This document shows, in pieces, positions 14,484 to 22,231 of a stretch of DNA of 44,799 nt. Position 1 is the stretch's first letter, and every line of letters starts with the position of its first letter. The translations under genes and the position numbers were made by a program. Origin of the DNA: Clostridia bacterium (GTDB taxonomy: Bacteria; Bacillota; Clostridia; Oscillospirales; CAG-272); NCBI GenBank assembly GCA_017628875.1, contig JAGBYG010000121.1, positions 1 through 44,799 on the forward strand, in the 5' to 3' direction. The notes under the pieces were generated by a model. The model saw only the letters and a list, made by a program, of their open reading frames with translations, had not been told where the DNA came from and ran no database searches.

Positions 14484-14720
14484 TTATCTTTCGCTCGGTA
14501 TGGTTATGCCAAGCTGTCTCGCTACATCATCCACAGTTGTTCCACGTTCTGCCGCTACATTCTGAGCTATGCGCTTCAGCTCAGCGGGGCTCTTGCCATT
14601 CATCATCTGCATAATCTGTCTTACTTGTGGATTGTTCTGCGCTAAAGAAAATAAAATCTGCTGGGGATTTTTCCCTCTGCGCAACATATCTACCATCTGC
14701 ATTGCAGGATTATTCATCAT
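14484..14720 (-). CDS. Cargo protein B: 78-aa M/Q/N-rich helical protein (function unknown)
   Basis: Start overlaps the upstream stop (GATGATGAATAA); no family recognised. Confidence 0.55.
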   Translation of the reverse strand: MMNNPAMQMVDMLRRGKNPQQILFSLAQNNPQVRQIMQMMNGKSPAELKRIAQNVAAERGTTVDDVARQLGITIPSER

Positions 14721-15072
14721 CGTCGCTTACTCCTTTTAGTTTGGATAATTCTTCTTCTAAACGCTTGATATCGTCTTTAGTTGCGTATTCGATAACCTCG
14801 CGCTTTTCGCTAACAGGTTCAAACTCCATAAACTCAGCCGCACCTGTCTGATAGTTCCACCGCTTTACATATATTCTGTTGTGGGAAATGTCGGGGAACA
14901 CCATTAAATTGCCGCTAAAGTCCGCAGGAACGCCCCCTGCTTCTTCTCTACTCGACACAAGACGAGATGTCAAAGATAGGCCCTGTGCATTCTGAGAGGG
15001 CTGTGGAGGCTGATACACGGGCTGCTGGTAATTGAAATAGTTGGGATAATTTAAAGTTGTTGGATAAGCCAT
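14710..15072 (-). CDS. Cargo protein A: P/Q/Y-rich N-terminus, small beta domain, acidic coiled-coil tail (function unknown)
   Basis: ATG with AAAGAGGTGG RBS; MAYPTTLNYPNYFNYQQPVYQPPQPSQ...; RIYVKRWNYQTGAAEFMEF. Confidence 0.6.
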   Translation of the reverse strand: MAYPTTLNYPNYFNYQQPVYQPPQPSQNAQGLSLTSRLVSSREEAGGVPADFSGNLMVFPDISHNRIYVKRWNYQTGAAEFMEFEPVSEKREVIEYATKDDIKRLEEELSKLKGVSDDDE

Positions 15073-15100
15073 AAAACCACCTCTTTCTGAGTAAATGGTA

Positions 15101-15140
15101 AAACAAAAAGCTCCCCTTGTTGTGCAAACAAAGGGAGCTT
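15101..15140 (-). terminator. Rho-independent terminator after the sigma-like gene
   Basis: Minus strand: AAGCTCCCTT-loop-AAGGGGAGCTT followed by TTTTTGTTT; lies between the 15149 stop and the RBS of cargo gene A. Confidence 0.65.
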
Positions 15141-15148
15141 GAAGGGCA

Positions 15149-15382
15149 TTATAAAATCGTATCTGCTATTTTGATTAACGCTCTTTTGTGTATAGTCTTA
15201 GCTTGTCTTTCACATATACCGATGGTATCTGCGACAAAGCACAGATCCTTGTCTTGTATGTCGTGCATCAGAACAAGCAGGTGTTCCCTTTCGGGAAGTC
15301 CCACTTGTTCTAATATAGCTCTTGCCTTAACAGGAGAGCCGTGTCTCAAAAGGTGTCGAACAGTTTTGGTACGTTCGTCCAC
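15149..15382 (-). CDS. Sigma-70 region-4-like / LuxR-like HTH regulator (77 aa from GTG)
   Basis: GTG at 15382 preceded by GGGAGGTATTCAA; LPEREHLLVLMHDIQDKDLCFVADTIGICERQAKTIHKRALIKI matches the region-4 HTH pattern. Confidence 0.6.
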   Translation of the reverse strand: MDERTKTVRHLLRHGSPVKARAILEQVGLPEREHLLVLMHDIQDKDLCFVADTIGICERQAKTIHKRALIKIADTIL

Positions 15383-15407
15383 TTGAATACCTCCCAAAAA
15401 TTATTTG

Positions 15408-15435
15408 GGTTAAGTTTTGGGGAGGTTAAGTTTTG
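15408..15435. promoter_or_regulatory. Two direct 12-nt repeats upstream of the sigma-like gene
   Basis: GGTTAAGTTTTG at 15408-15419 and 15424-15435 (16-nt period) in the 48-nt intergenic gap. Confidence 0.35.
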
Positions 15436-15445
15436 ACCGTTGCTA

Positions 15446-15691
15446 TTAAGGATAGTTTTCTTCGTCCGTAGGTTTGACTTTGGTCATAATATCGCTGCCG
15501 AAAATCTGCCTTAGAGCGATAATGAAAAGTTCACCGCCCCAAAAGCCTAATAGTCCGGCTAACACGTTTCCGGGAATAACGGTGTCAAGTCTGTGGTATT
15601 CCCACAATATAGCCGCTGTGATAATAATGCTTACCGCTACACAGAAAACGATAATAGCATTGGCAAATTTTATCTTGCTCAGTTTCTTCAT
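15446..15691 (-). CDS. Two-TM membrane protein of the lysis cassette (second holin/antiholin-like)
   Basis: 81 aa; ATGA overlap with the endolysin stop; TM segments AIIVFCVAVSIIITAAILW and VLAGLLGFWGGELFIIAL. Confidence 0.55.
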   Translation of the reverse strand: MKKLSKIKFANAIIVFCVAVSIIITAAILWEYHRLDTVIPGNVLAGLLGFWGGELFIIALRQIFGSDIMTKVKPTDEENYP

Positions 15692-16335
15692 TTTGCCATC
15701 ATTCTCTTGTTGATAATAACGGTCTTGATATCTGACAGGAACATATTGATATCTTCACTGTCGATAACCTTGTCTGTGCCGCCGTTGATAATGCCGCTGT
15801 CGAGAAGTTCTCGCATATCTGCCTTTGCCCATTCGGGAAGGTCGGAGAATCTCTCGATGTACTTGTCACCAAGTTCAGCTAAGATTTCATCTCTTGTCAT
15901 GTAGTCATCTCCTAAAGGACGCATAAGGGTTTTAATTAAGCTTTTGCTTCTGATACGTCGATAAACACCGCCGCCGTTGTCCTGACTTCCACCATTGCCG
16001 GGTGAAGTGTTTCCCTCTATAGTGGTAACAGTTCCATTGCCGTTATCCTTTTCAATAATGGCAGTATGTCCGCTTCCGATATTAAAATATACGATATCGT
16101 TCGGCTTCGGGTCTTTCACTACCTTGTCAGGCTCGTTGTTTTTGTAATAGTTCGCCAAAGCAGAGGAAGAAGCTGTTTTGAAAGGCAGCTCGTGTCCTGC
16201 CATAGCAAACCAATACTGAACGCACTGTACGCACCACGCTACGCCATTCCATCCGTACCACTCGCCATACTTGGTTTTGTTTACGGGTGTTTCGGTGTAG
16301 CCGATGTCCTGACGGGCAAAGTCGAGGGGAGTCAT
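15688..16335 (-). CDS. Endolysin, CHAP / NlpC-P60-type peptidoglycan hydrolase with an unassigned C-terminal domain
   Basis: 215 aa; NGVAWCVQCVQYWF (catalytic Cys context), GSGHTAIIE, TIEGNTS; ATGA overlap with the holin. Confidence 0.85.
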   Translation of the reverse strand: MTPLDFARQDIGYTETPVNKTKYGEWYGWNGVAWCVQCVQYWFAMAGHELPFKTASSSALANYYKNNEPDKVVKDPKPNDIVYFNIGSGHTAIIEKDNGNGTVTTIEGNTSPGNGGSQDNGGGVYRRIRSKSLIKTLMRPLGDDYMTRDEILAELGDKYIERFSDLPEWAKADMRELLDSGIINGGTDKVIDSEDINMFLSDIKTVIINKRMMAK

Positions 16336-16652
16336 TTAGACTCCTCCTCAGTGGTGATAAGCAGACCGTTATTAAGTGCATAAACAGCCGCCTCAATCAT
16401 AGCGTCAATAGTTGCCTCGTCAAGCTCAATACCGTGTTCGGCAAGGTAAGCCAAAACATAAGCCTTCTTCTCTTCGCCTCTACCGACGCCTTTGTAAATC
16501 TGCTCTGCGGCGGCTACAGCAATTTTAATCCATTCGTTGATTTTCTTCTGCTGTGTTGCTGTGGTCTTGCTCTTAATGTAGGGAACAATAACCGCTGTGA
16601 CGATAGCGCAAAGAAGTGTAATAATTGCTTTTACAATAGGTGTAATGTCCAT
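16332..16652 (-). CDS. Holin, LL-H family-like
   Basis: 106 aa; single N-terminal TM ITLLCAIVTAVIVPYI; WIKIAVAAAEQIYKGVGRGEEKKAYVLAYLAEHGIELDEATIDAMIEAAVYALN resembles Holin_LLH; AAGGAGG RBS. Confidence 0.8.
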   Translation of the reverse strand: MDITPIVKAIITLLCAIVTAVIVPYIKSKTTATQQKKINEWIKIAVAAAEQIYKGVGRGEEKKAYVLAYLAEHGIELDEATIDAMIEAAVYALNNGLLITTEEESK

Positions 16653-16662
16653 TTTATCCTCC

Positions 16663-16992
16663 TTAAGACACTACTTCCCACTCGTCTACTTGCTCTTTTA
16701 TATGGTCAATAAAGCTATTGCCGCCTTTTGCCTTATAAGCCTTGTATTCGAGTATGAAGTTCTCGTATTCAAACTGTCTTATTTTTTTCTCTTCTCTGTG
16801 GTGGTAGTAAGTTTTCATCATATCAGAACGCAAAAGACATTTCATTCCGTCCTCTTCGTTCTTCGTTCCCAAAACCTTTTTTCTGATGGGTTTAACAAGT
16901 AAGATAACAGCCGCGGATATTGTGGTTATATAAGAACATACCTGTACCACCGTGATTATTACTGCGTGCAATGGACTACACCCCGCTTTCAT
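16663..16992 (-). CDS. Membrane-anchored hypothetical protein upstream of the holin (start uncertain)
   Basis: TM VIITVVQVCSYITTISAAVILLV; first ATG not overlapping much of the upstream gene is at 16992; TTG at 16971 is also possible. Confidence 0.45.
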   Translation of the reverse strand: MKAGCSPLHAVIITVVQVCSYITTISAAVILLVKPIRKKVLGTKNEEDGMKCLLRSDMMKTYYHHREEKKIRQFEYENFILEYKAYKAKGGNSFIDHIKEQVDEWEVVS

Positions 16993-17392
16993 CCTTAGTC
17001 CAATTATCGGGGTACTGCTCGGGAGTGTATACATTGTTGTCTACTTTGGAGGTGTAGATTTCATCGCCCCACCAGCCTTTTTCATCCTTGCTGAAAGCCT
17101 CGGTCACAGAGATAACTTCGGGAATAATTCTGATGCCGTTTTTGTACTGAAGCTCTTTCCAAAGGTCGGGAGCGTTATCGGGATTGTTCTCTTCGTTGTC
17201 CCAAAGGTCTACAGCTGCTTTCACTACGGCGTCATTCCAATTTATACGAGTGCCCGCTTTGATAAGTGAGCCGTCATACTTCATACCCTCGTAGAGAGAG
17301 GGAACGGTTGAAGCTTCGTTGTCGGGAATATCTTTCGCCCAAGCTACACCGCTTTTTCTAAACTGTCTCGCTCTTTCAATTCGGTCAATCAT
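16976..17392 (-). CDS. Hypothetical virion/tail-associated protein (138 aa)
   Basis: ATGA overlap with the upstream gene; W/D/N-rich motif INWNDAVVKAAVDLWDNEENNPDNAPDLWKEL. Confidence 0.55.
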   Translation of the reverse strand: MIDRIERARQFRKSGVAWAKDIPDNEASTVPSLYEGMKYDGSLIKAGTRINWNDAVVKAAVDLWDNEENNPDNAPDLWKELQYKNGIRIIPEVISVTEAFSKDEKGWWGDEIYTSKVDNNVYTPEQYPDNWTKDESGV

Positions 17393-17694
17393 TCACTCAC
17401 CCCCAAAAGTGCATCTGCCGTCTGTTCAAGGTTTGCTACCCTCGCTTCGATAGTCGGTGCAGGAGTGTAGTTTTCAGGCACATTCGTAAGCTGTATGCTG
17501 TTCACATTCAGCACCGTGCGGAGGTATGCGTTCGGGTCTACTTCCTGCATAAGAAAGCCGTTATCTGCGTAGACGGAGATTACTCCGTCCACGCTCTCAA
17601 GTCCTCTGAGGCTGTCGCCAATAAAGGTCATTGTCTTTTCGCTTTTTAAGCGTTTTATGTTTAAGTATTCGATGTCGTTTATTTTGATTTTCAT
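17389..17694 (-). CDS. Hypothetical protein (101 aa)
   Basis: ATG with AGGAGG RBS; follows the receptor-binding-like genes. Confidence 0.55.
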   Translation of the reverse strand: MKIKINDIEYLNIKRLKSEKTMTFIGDSLRGLESVDGVISVYADNGFLMQEVDPNAYLRTVLNVNSIQLTNVPENYTPAPTIEARVANLEQTADALLGVSE

Positions 17695-17703
17695 AAGTAC
17701 CTC

Positions 17704-18567
17704 CTATTCGGTGGTGATGTAAGCATTATAAGTGCCATAGGTAGTGTTATATACAAAACTAACCGTTGTAGCGGAAGTAATTCCTATTGTGTAGGTAACT
17801 GGATTGCCACTTGTGATACGACTACCATTAAGGTGAATGATAGTAGCAGTAACATTAATAGATGTTCCTTGCTCAAGAGATAAAGTCCCAGCGGATGTGT
17901 ATTTCGTTCCATTAACAGTAAGGTAGGCGTTGGTAGCGTCAAAGTCACCGCTAAATGTCAGCGAGTGTTTATTTGTTGTGCCGCCGCCAGAACCACCGCC
18001 GCTTATAGACGCGCCCGCTGTAAATGTGCCTGTGCCTGCGTTGTAGACATACTCTTTATTTACCTTGTCATACAAACAAGCTACGCCGTCAGGGTCGAGG
18101 CAAGGTCTGTAATCACGAATTAGTGTATTTCCGTCATTAAACTGGCAAGAGTACAATTTTGCGTGACACGGGTAACCTGAAACGCCGCCCAATAACTTAA
18201 ATGTTGCGGAGGGGTTTGCGCTTCTTGTTGTTGTTTTGCTTTCGTTTGCTACACTAACCGTTTGATTGCTACTCGTACCAACAATAGAAACAGTTCTTCG
18301 TTCAGTACCTAAAAAAGAGAATGCACTTGATTTTCCGTCTTCTAAATAGCCGCTTGCGTTAATACCGAAATAATAGCCTGCATTTGCACTCTGACCCATA
18401 AGAGCCTCGTTACCAGTAATAGTGGTAAACTCTATGTCCATTGTTATTGTGTGTATAGAGCCAATTCCAGTATCAATATACTGCGTTCCGCTACTCTCGA
18501 TATACTCCACATAATTAACACCGTCTCCCGATGCCCCATACCCTCGTCTTAAAAATATACAGTTCAT
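17704..18567 (-). CDS. Receptor-binding-like tail protein, paralog 2
   Basis: 287 aa; shares N-terminal GVNYVEYIESSGTQYIDTG, central DYRPCLDPDGVACLYD...GTFTAGASISGGGSGGGTT linker and C-terminal ..ITTE with the adjacent gene. Confidence 0.65.
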   Translation of the reverse strand: MNCIFLRRGYGASGDGVNYVEYIESSGTQYIDTGIGSIHTITMDIEFTTITGNEALMGQSANAGYYFGINASGYLEDGKSSAFSFLGTERRTVSIVGTSSNQTVSVANESKTTTRSANPSATFKLLGGVSGYPCHAKLYSCQFNDGNTLIRDYRPCLDPDGVACLYDKVNKEYVYNAGTGTFTAGASISGGGSGGGTTNKHSLTFSGDFDATNAYLTVNGTKYTSAGTLSLEQGTSINVTATIIHLNGSRITSGNPVTYTIGITSATTVSFVYNTTYGTYNAYITTE

Positions 18568-18575
18568 AGTGCCTC

Positions 18576-19490
18576 CTATTCGGTTGTGATGGCGGCTTTG
18601 TAGGAACTTTGAGAATAAGACATTGTTATTTTGCAGTTGCTTGTAACGGTGTGATTATATGTTCCTTTGCCGTTTTGCACTTTTGTGCCGTTTAATGTTA
18701 CATTAGCGAGTCCATCATAATTGGTGTAAGTACCCGCAACATAAACGCTTACCGCTGTACCCTCTGCCACATTCACAGTTGTTGCCGTTGTATACTTTGT
18801 GCCGTTGATTGTTACATAGCCATAACTGCTACTAAACGTACCCGACAGCGTAACCGCATATTCTTTCGGCGTTGTACCGCCACCCGAACCGCCGCCGCTT
18901 ATCGAAGCTCCTGCCGTAAATGTTCCTGCACCGTATTCATAAGCCTTGCTTATTTCTTCATAGAAACAAGCCACGCCGTCAGGGTCTACAGCCGCCCTAT
19001 AGTCTTTAACAAGAGTGCCGTTATCGTAAATTTGGCATTGCTCAACAGACAAGTTTGGAGCGATGTTTGCCGCGCCGCCTACATTGTTAAGTGCAAACAA
19101 ATAAAGATTGTAGTTACATTGAAAAGTTGCCGCTGTAAAAGATGTTGATACAGAACCAACCTTTAACACGTTTTTGTTAAAGTCAACCGTCTGCATTTGC
19201 GTATAGTCTGCGGTGAGGGAAGCAGTTTTATTTGCATACTCAGCCAACCACGCCGCGCTATTGTTGCGAATACGCAAGTCAAACGCGCTGTTAAGGTAAC
19301 CGTTTCTCGCACCGAATAGGAAAAATTCTGTTGTGGTTGAGGGATGTTTTGCTTTCATAACCACTCTTGTATTTTGGTTAGGCTTAAATCCTGTATCAAA
19401 ATAAGAGCTGCCGTCACCTTTTATCCATTCGACATAGTTAACACCACCGCTACTACCGCCGCCAATTCTCATCGGTAATCTACATTTCAT
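18576..19490 (-). CDS. Receptor-binding-like tail protein, paralog 1
   Basis: 304 aa; GVNYVEWIKGDGSSYFDTG, DYRAAVDPDGVACFYE...GTFTAGASISGGGSGGGTT, ends ..ITTE. Confidence 0.65.
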   Translation of the reverse strand: MKCRLPMRIGGGSSGGVNYVEWIKGDGSSYFDTGFKPNQNTRVVMKAKHPSTTTEFFLFGARNGYLNSAFDLRIRNNSAAWLAEYANKTASLTADYTQMQTVDFNKNVLKVGSVSTSFTAATFQCNYNLYLFALNNVGGAANIAPNLSVEQCQIYDNGTLVKDYRAAVDPDGVACFYEEISKAYEYGAGTFTAGASISGGGSGGGTTPKEYAVTLSGTFSSSYGYVTINGTKYTTATTVNVAEGTAVSVYVAGTYTNYDGLANVTLNGTKVQNGKGTYNHTVTSNCKITMSYSQSSYKAAITTE

Positions 19491-19494
19491 ACCA

Positions 19495-22221
19495 TCACTC
19501 CTGTACCCTAACGATAATGGGAATGTTTATACTCGGCGCATCTCCCACGCATTTCGCTGTAAGACTGTTTGCTCCTGTAGTCGCTACGGAGATTAAACCA
19601 AACGCAGCTATGAGTTCTGCATCTGCCGCCGCATCTGTGCCGCTGAGGACAACATCGAAGTCGGGGCTTACATCGTAACTCGCTTTCAGACCGCTAATAG
19701 TAATGGTCTGAGATTTATAGCCGCTTGAGTCTGCCCAACTTGTAGAGGAGAGCGTTCCTGTATACTGTGTCCAGCTACCCGCAGGACCAGCAGGACCTGT
19801 TGCGCCGTCACTACCCTTACTGCCGTTCTTTACCGTGAATGTACTTGTAGTATTATCGGTCTTTGTAACTGTGATAACATTGCTACCGCCGTCTGCATTG
19901 GAAGTGGTGGTCTGTGTAACGCTCTTGATGCCTACACCGTCAGAGCCGCTTGAGCCTGTATCGCCCTTGTCGCCCTTTAGATTTGCAGAGCTTGTACCGC
20001 TTGCTGATGTGACATTAAGTGTTGTACCACTCCAAGAATGTGTTACGGATGTACCGTCTTTGCCGTCTTTACCCGCAGGGCCTGTACCGCCATCCTGACC
20101 GGCAGGGCCTCTAAGATCAGCAGATGTTGTACCACTTGCTGATGTAACAGAAAGAGTAGTACCGTTCCAAGAATGGGTTACGGAAGTACCGTCTTTGCCT
20201 GCAGCACCGTCGCTACCTTTGCTGCCGTTTTTAACCTTGAATGTACTTGTAGTGTTATCGGTTTTAGTGACGGTGATTACGTTTTCGCCACCATCAGCAG
20301 AGCTTGTCGTGGTCTGTGTGACGCTCTTGATACCTACACCGTCATTACCGGCAGGGCCTGTATCACCGTCCTGCCCAGCAGGGCCTCTCAAATCAGCAGA
20401 AGATGTGCCACTTGCAGATGTAACAGAAAGAACGCTGCCGTTCCAGCTGTGCCTTGCACTTACGCCGTCGTCACCTTTCGGGCCGGTTTCACCCGTGCTA
20501 CCCCTACTGCCGTTCTTTACTTTAAAGGTGCTTGTGGTGTTGTCTGTTTTAGTTACGGTGATTACGTTTTCGCCACCGTCAGAATTGCTTGTTGTGGTCT
20601 GCACAACACTCTTAATGCCCACGCCGTCGTTGCCCGGAACACCCTGACCGCCGGTATCGCCTTTCTGTCCCTGACTTCCTCGGCTGCCATTCTTTACGGA
20701 GAATGTGCTTGTTGTTCCGTCAGTTTTGGTTACGGTGATAACGTTTGTGCCGCCGTCTTCTGCGCTTGTAGTAGTCTGAACCACGCTCTGAACGCCTACG
20801 CCGTCTTCGCCGTCTTTACCCGCAGCTCCGTCTTTACCCGCAGGACCGACAAGGTTAGCTGAAGATGTTCCGCTCGCAGACGTAATGTTAAGTGTTGTTC
20901 CGCTCCAACTGTGGGTAACGCTAATGCCGTCCTGTCCAGCAGGGCCTGTGTCGCCTTTTGCGCCCTGAAGCGGGCCGTTGTTTACCCAGCCGCTTGTCTT
21001 ACCGTAAATGTAAATGTCGTAGGGTTCTGCCGCGCCAACGCCGTATGCGTCGCCCTCGGAGGGGTTTGGAACTGCGCTCTGTAAAGCAGAGAGAGAAGCG
21101 TAATAGTCAAGAACTTTAAAGCCTGATCCGGTGTCACCTTTAAGGTCAGCGGAAGAAGTGCCGCTTGCGGAACTTATTGTCAGCTTTGTGCCGTCCCATT
21201 TGTGGGTTACGCTCACGCCGTCCTGACCGTCGTTGCCTGCCGGACCGGTGCTGCCCTTGCTGCCGTTTTTAACAGTAAAGGTGCTTGTGCCGCCGTCAGT
21301 TTTGGTGACGGTAATTACATTAGAGCCGCCGTCCTCTGTGGAGGTAACGGTCTGTGTAACGCTCTGAATGCCCACGCCGTCGCTGCCGTCTTTGCCGTCT
21401 TCACCGTCGCTGCCTCGGCTGCCGTTTTTTACAGTGAATGTACTCTTAGTGTTATCTGTCTTGGTCACAGTAATAACGTTACTGCCGCCGTCAGCGTTGC
21501 TCGTCTGAGTCTGAACTACGCTCTGAATTCCTACGCCGTCACTGCCGTCCTTGCCGTCGCTACCATCGCTGCCTCGGCTGCCGTTCTTAACTGTAAACGT
21601 GCTTTTAGTGCCGTCGGTTTTTGTTACGGTAATAATGTTTGTGCCGCCGTCTGTAGTGCCGGTCTGAGTCTGAACTACACTCTGAATTCCAACGCCATCC
21701 TTGCCCGCAGCACCGTCGAAATAGTCTTTGCCCTTTACAGGTGTATAACCATCCTTACCCGCTGCGCCGTCCTGACCGTCCTTGCCTGCAGGACCTACAA
21801 GGTCTGCGGAAGATGTGCCGCTTGCCGAAGTGACGGTAAGTCGTGTGCCGCTCCAAGAATGGGTCACGCTTGTACCGTCTTTGCCATCACGACCCGGCTG
21901 GCCCTGCGGACCTTCAGGACCTACAGCCGCCTTAACTTCAAAGTCAAAGGTCTGTCCGTCAGATAAGGTGATAGTGTAGGTTGTATATTCTCCGCTTTGA
22001 GACGTCTGTTCGATGCTTGTAATCGTTGCGCCCTGATCGCCCTTAACTCTGCCCAAGTCAATCTTCTGACCGTCGGTCATTGTTACGATAAGGTTGCCAT
22101 CTCCGTTTATCTCAAAGCCACTTGCCCCTCTGCCGATATAGCCCTGCAGCGTAGCAGTAATCTGAGGAGACAATCTTTCACCAATATCAGGAGTAATCTG
22201 AGGAGTAAGTTTAATGTCCAT
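19495..22221 (-). CDS. Collagen-like, modular repeat fibre protein (908 aa from ATG 22221)
   Basis: ATG at 22221 preceded by GAGGTGGAG (the ORF-track start at 22242 is TTG). G-X-Y runs (GPEGPQGQPGRDGKDG etc.) separate 6 copies of a (T/V/I)SVTHSWSGTxLxVTSASGTSSA module and 7 copies of a VGI(Q/K)SV(V/T)QT.T...DGG.NVITVTKTD.T.STF.VKNGS module. Confidence 0.85.
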   Translation of the reverse strand: MDIKLTPQITPDIGERLSPQITATLQGYIGRGASGFEINGDGNLIVTMTDGQKIDLGRVKGDQGATITSIEQTSQSGEYTTYTITLSDGQTFDFEVKAAVGPEGPQGQPGRDGKDGTSVTHSWSGTRLTVTSASGTSSADLVGPAGKDGQDGAAGKDGYTPVKGKDYFDGAAGKDGVGIQSVVQTQTGTTDGGTNIITVTKTDGTKSTFTVKNGSRGSDGSDGKDGSDGVGIQSVVQTQTSNADGGSNVITVTKTDNTKSTFTVKNGSRGSDGEDGKDGSDGVGIQSVTQTVTSTEDGGSNVITVTKTDGGTSTFTVKNGSKGSTGPAGNDGQDGVSVTHKWDGTKLTISSASGTSSADLKGDTGSGFKVLDYYASLSALQSAVPNPSEGDAYGVGAAEPYDIYIYGKTSGWVNNGPLQGAKGDTGPAGQDGISVTHSWSGTTLNITSASGTSSANLVGPAGKDGAAGKDGEDGVGVQSVVQTTTSAEDGGTNVITVTKTDGTTSTFSVKNGSRGSQGQKGDTGGQGVPGNDGVGIKSVVQTTTSNSDGGENVITVTKTDNTTSTFKVKNGSRGSTGETGPKGDDGVSARHSWNGSVLSVTSASGTSSADLRGPAGQDGDTGPAGNDGVGIKSVTQTTTSSADGGENVITVTKTDNTTSTFKVKNGSKGSDGAAGKDGTSVTHSWNGTTLSVTSASGTTSADLRGPAGQDGGTGPAGKDGKDGTSVTHSWSGTTLNVTSASGTSSANLKGDKGDTGSSGSDGVGIKSVTQTTTSNADGGSNVITVTKTDNTTSTFTVKNGSKGSDGATGPAGPAGSWTQYTGTLSSTSWADSSGYKSQTITISGLKASYDVSPDFDVVLSGTDAAADAELIAAFGLISVATTGANSLTAKCVGDAPSINIPIIVRVQE
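19777..21920. repeat. In-frame tandem coding repeats of the fibre gene
   Basis: Two interleaved imperfect repeat units with GXY linkers; these explain the long Cys/Ala-rich antisense ORFs in the track. Confidence 0.85.
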
Positions 22222-22231
22222 TAGCTCCACC

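Noticed and set aside
19835-21979. Plus-strand ORFs of 229 and 254 aa (20173..20862, 21202..21966) and the regular repeat pattern, which could suggest a CRISPR-like or other repeat array
   Set aside because: The periodicity comes from in-frame protein modules and GXY linkers on the minus strand. The repeats are imperfect and of two lengths, with no unique spacers, no leader and no cas genes. The plus-strand translations (Cys/Ala/Val-rich) are the antisense image of Gly/Thr/Ser/Asp codons.
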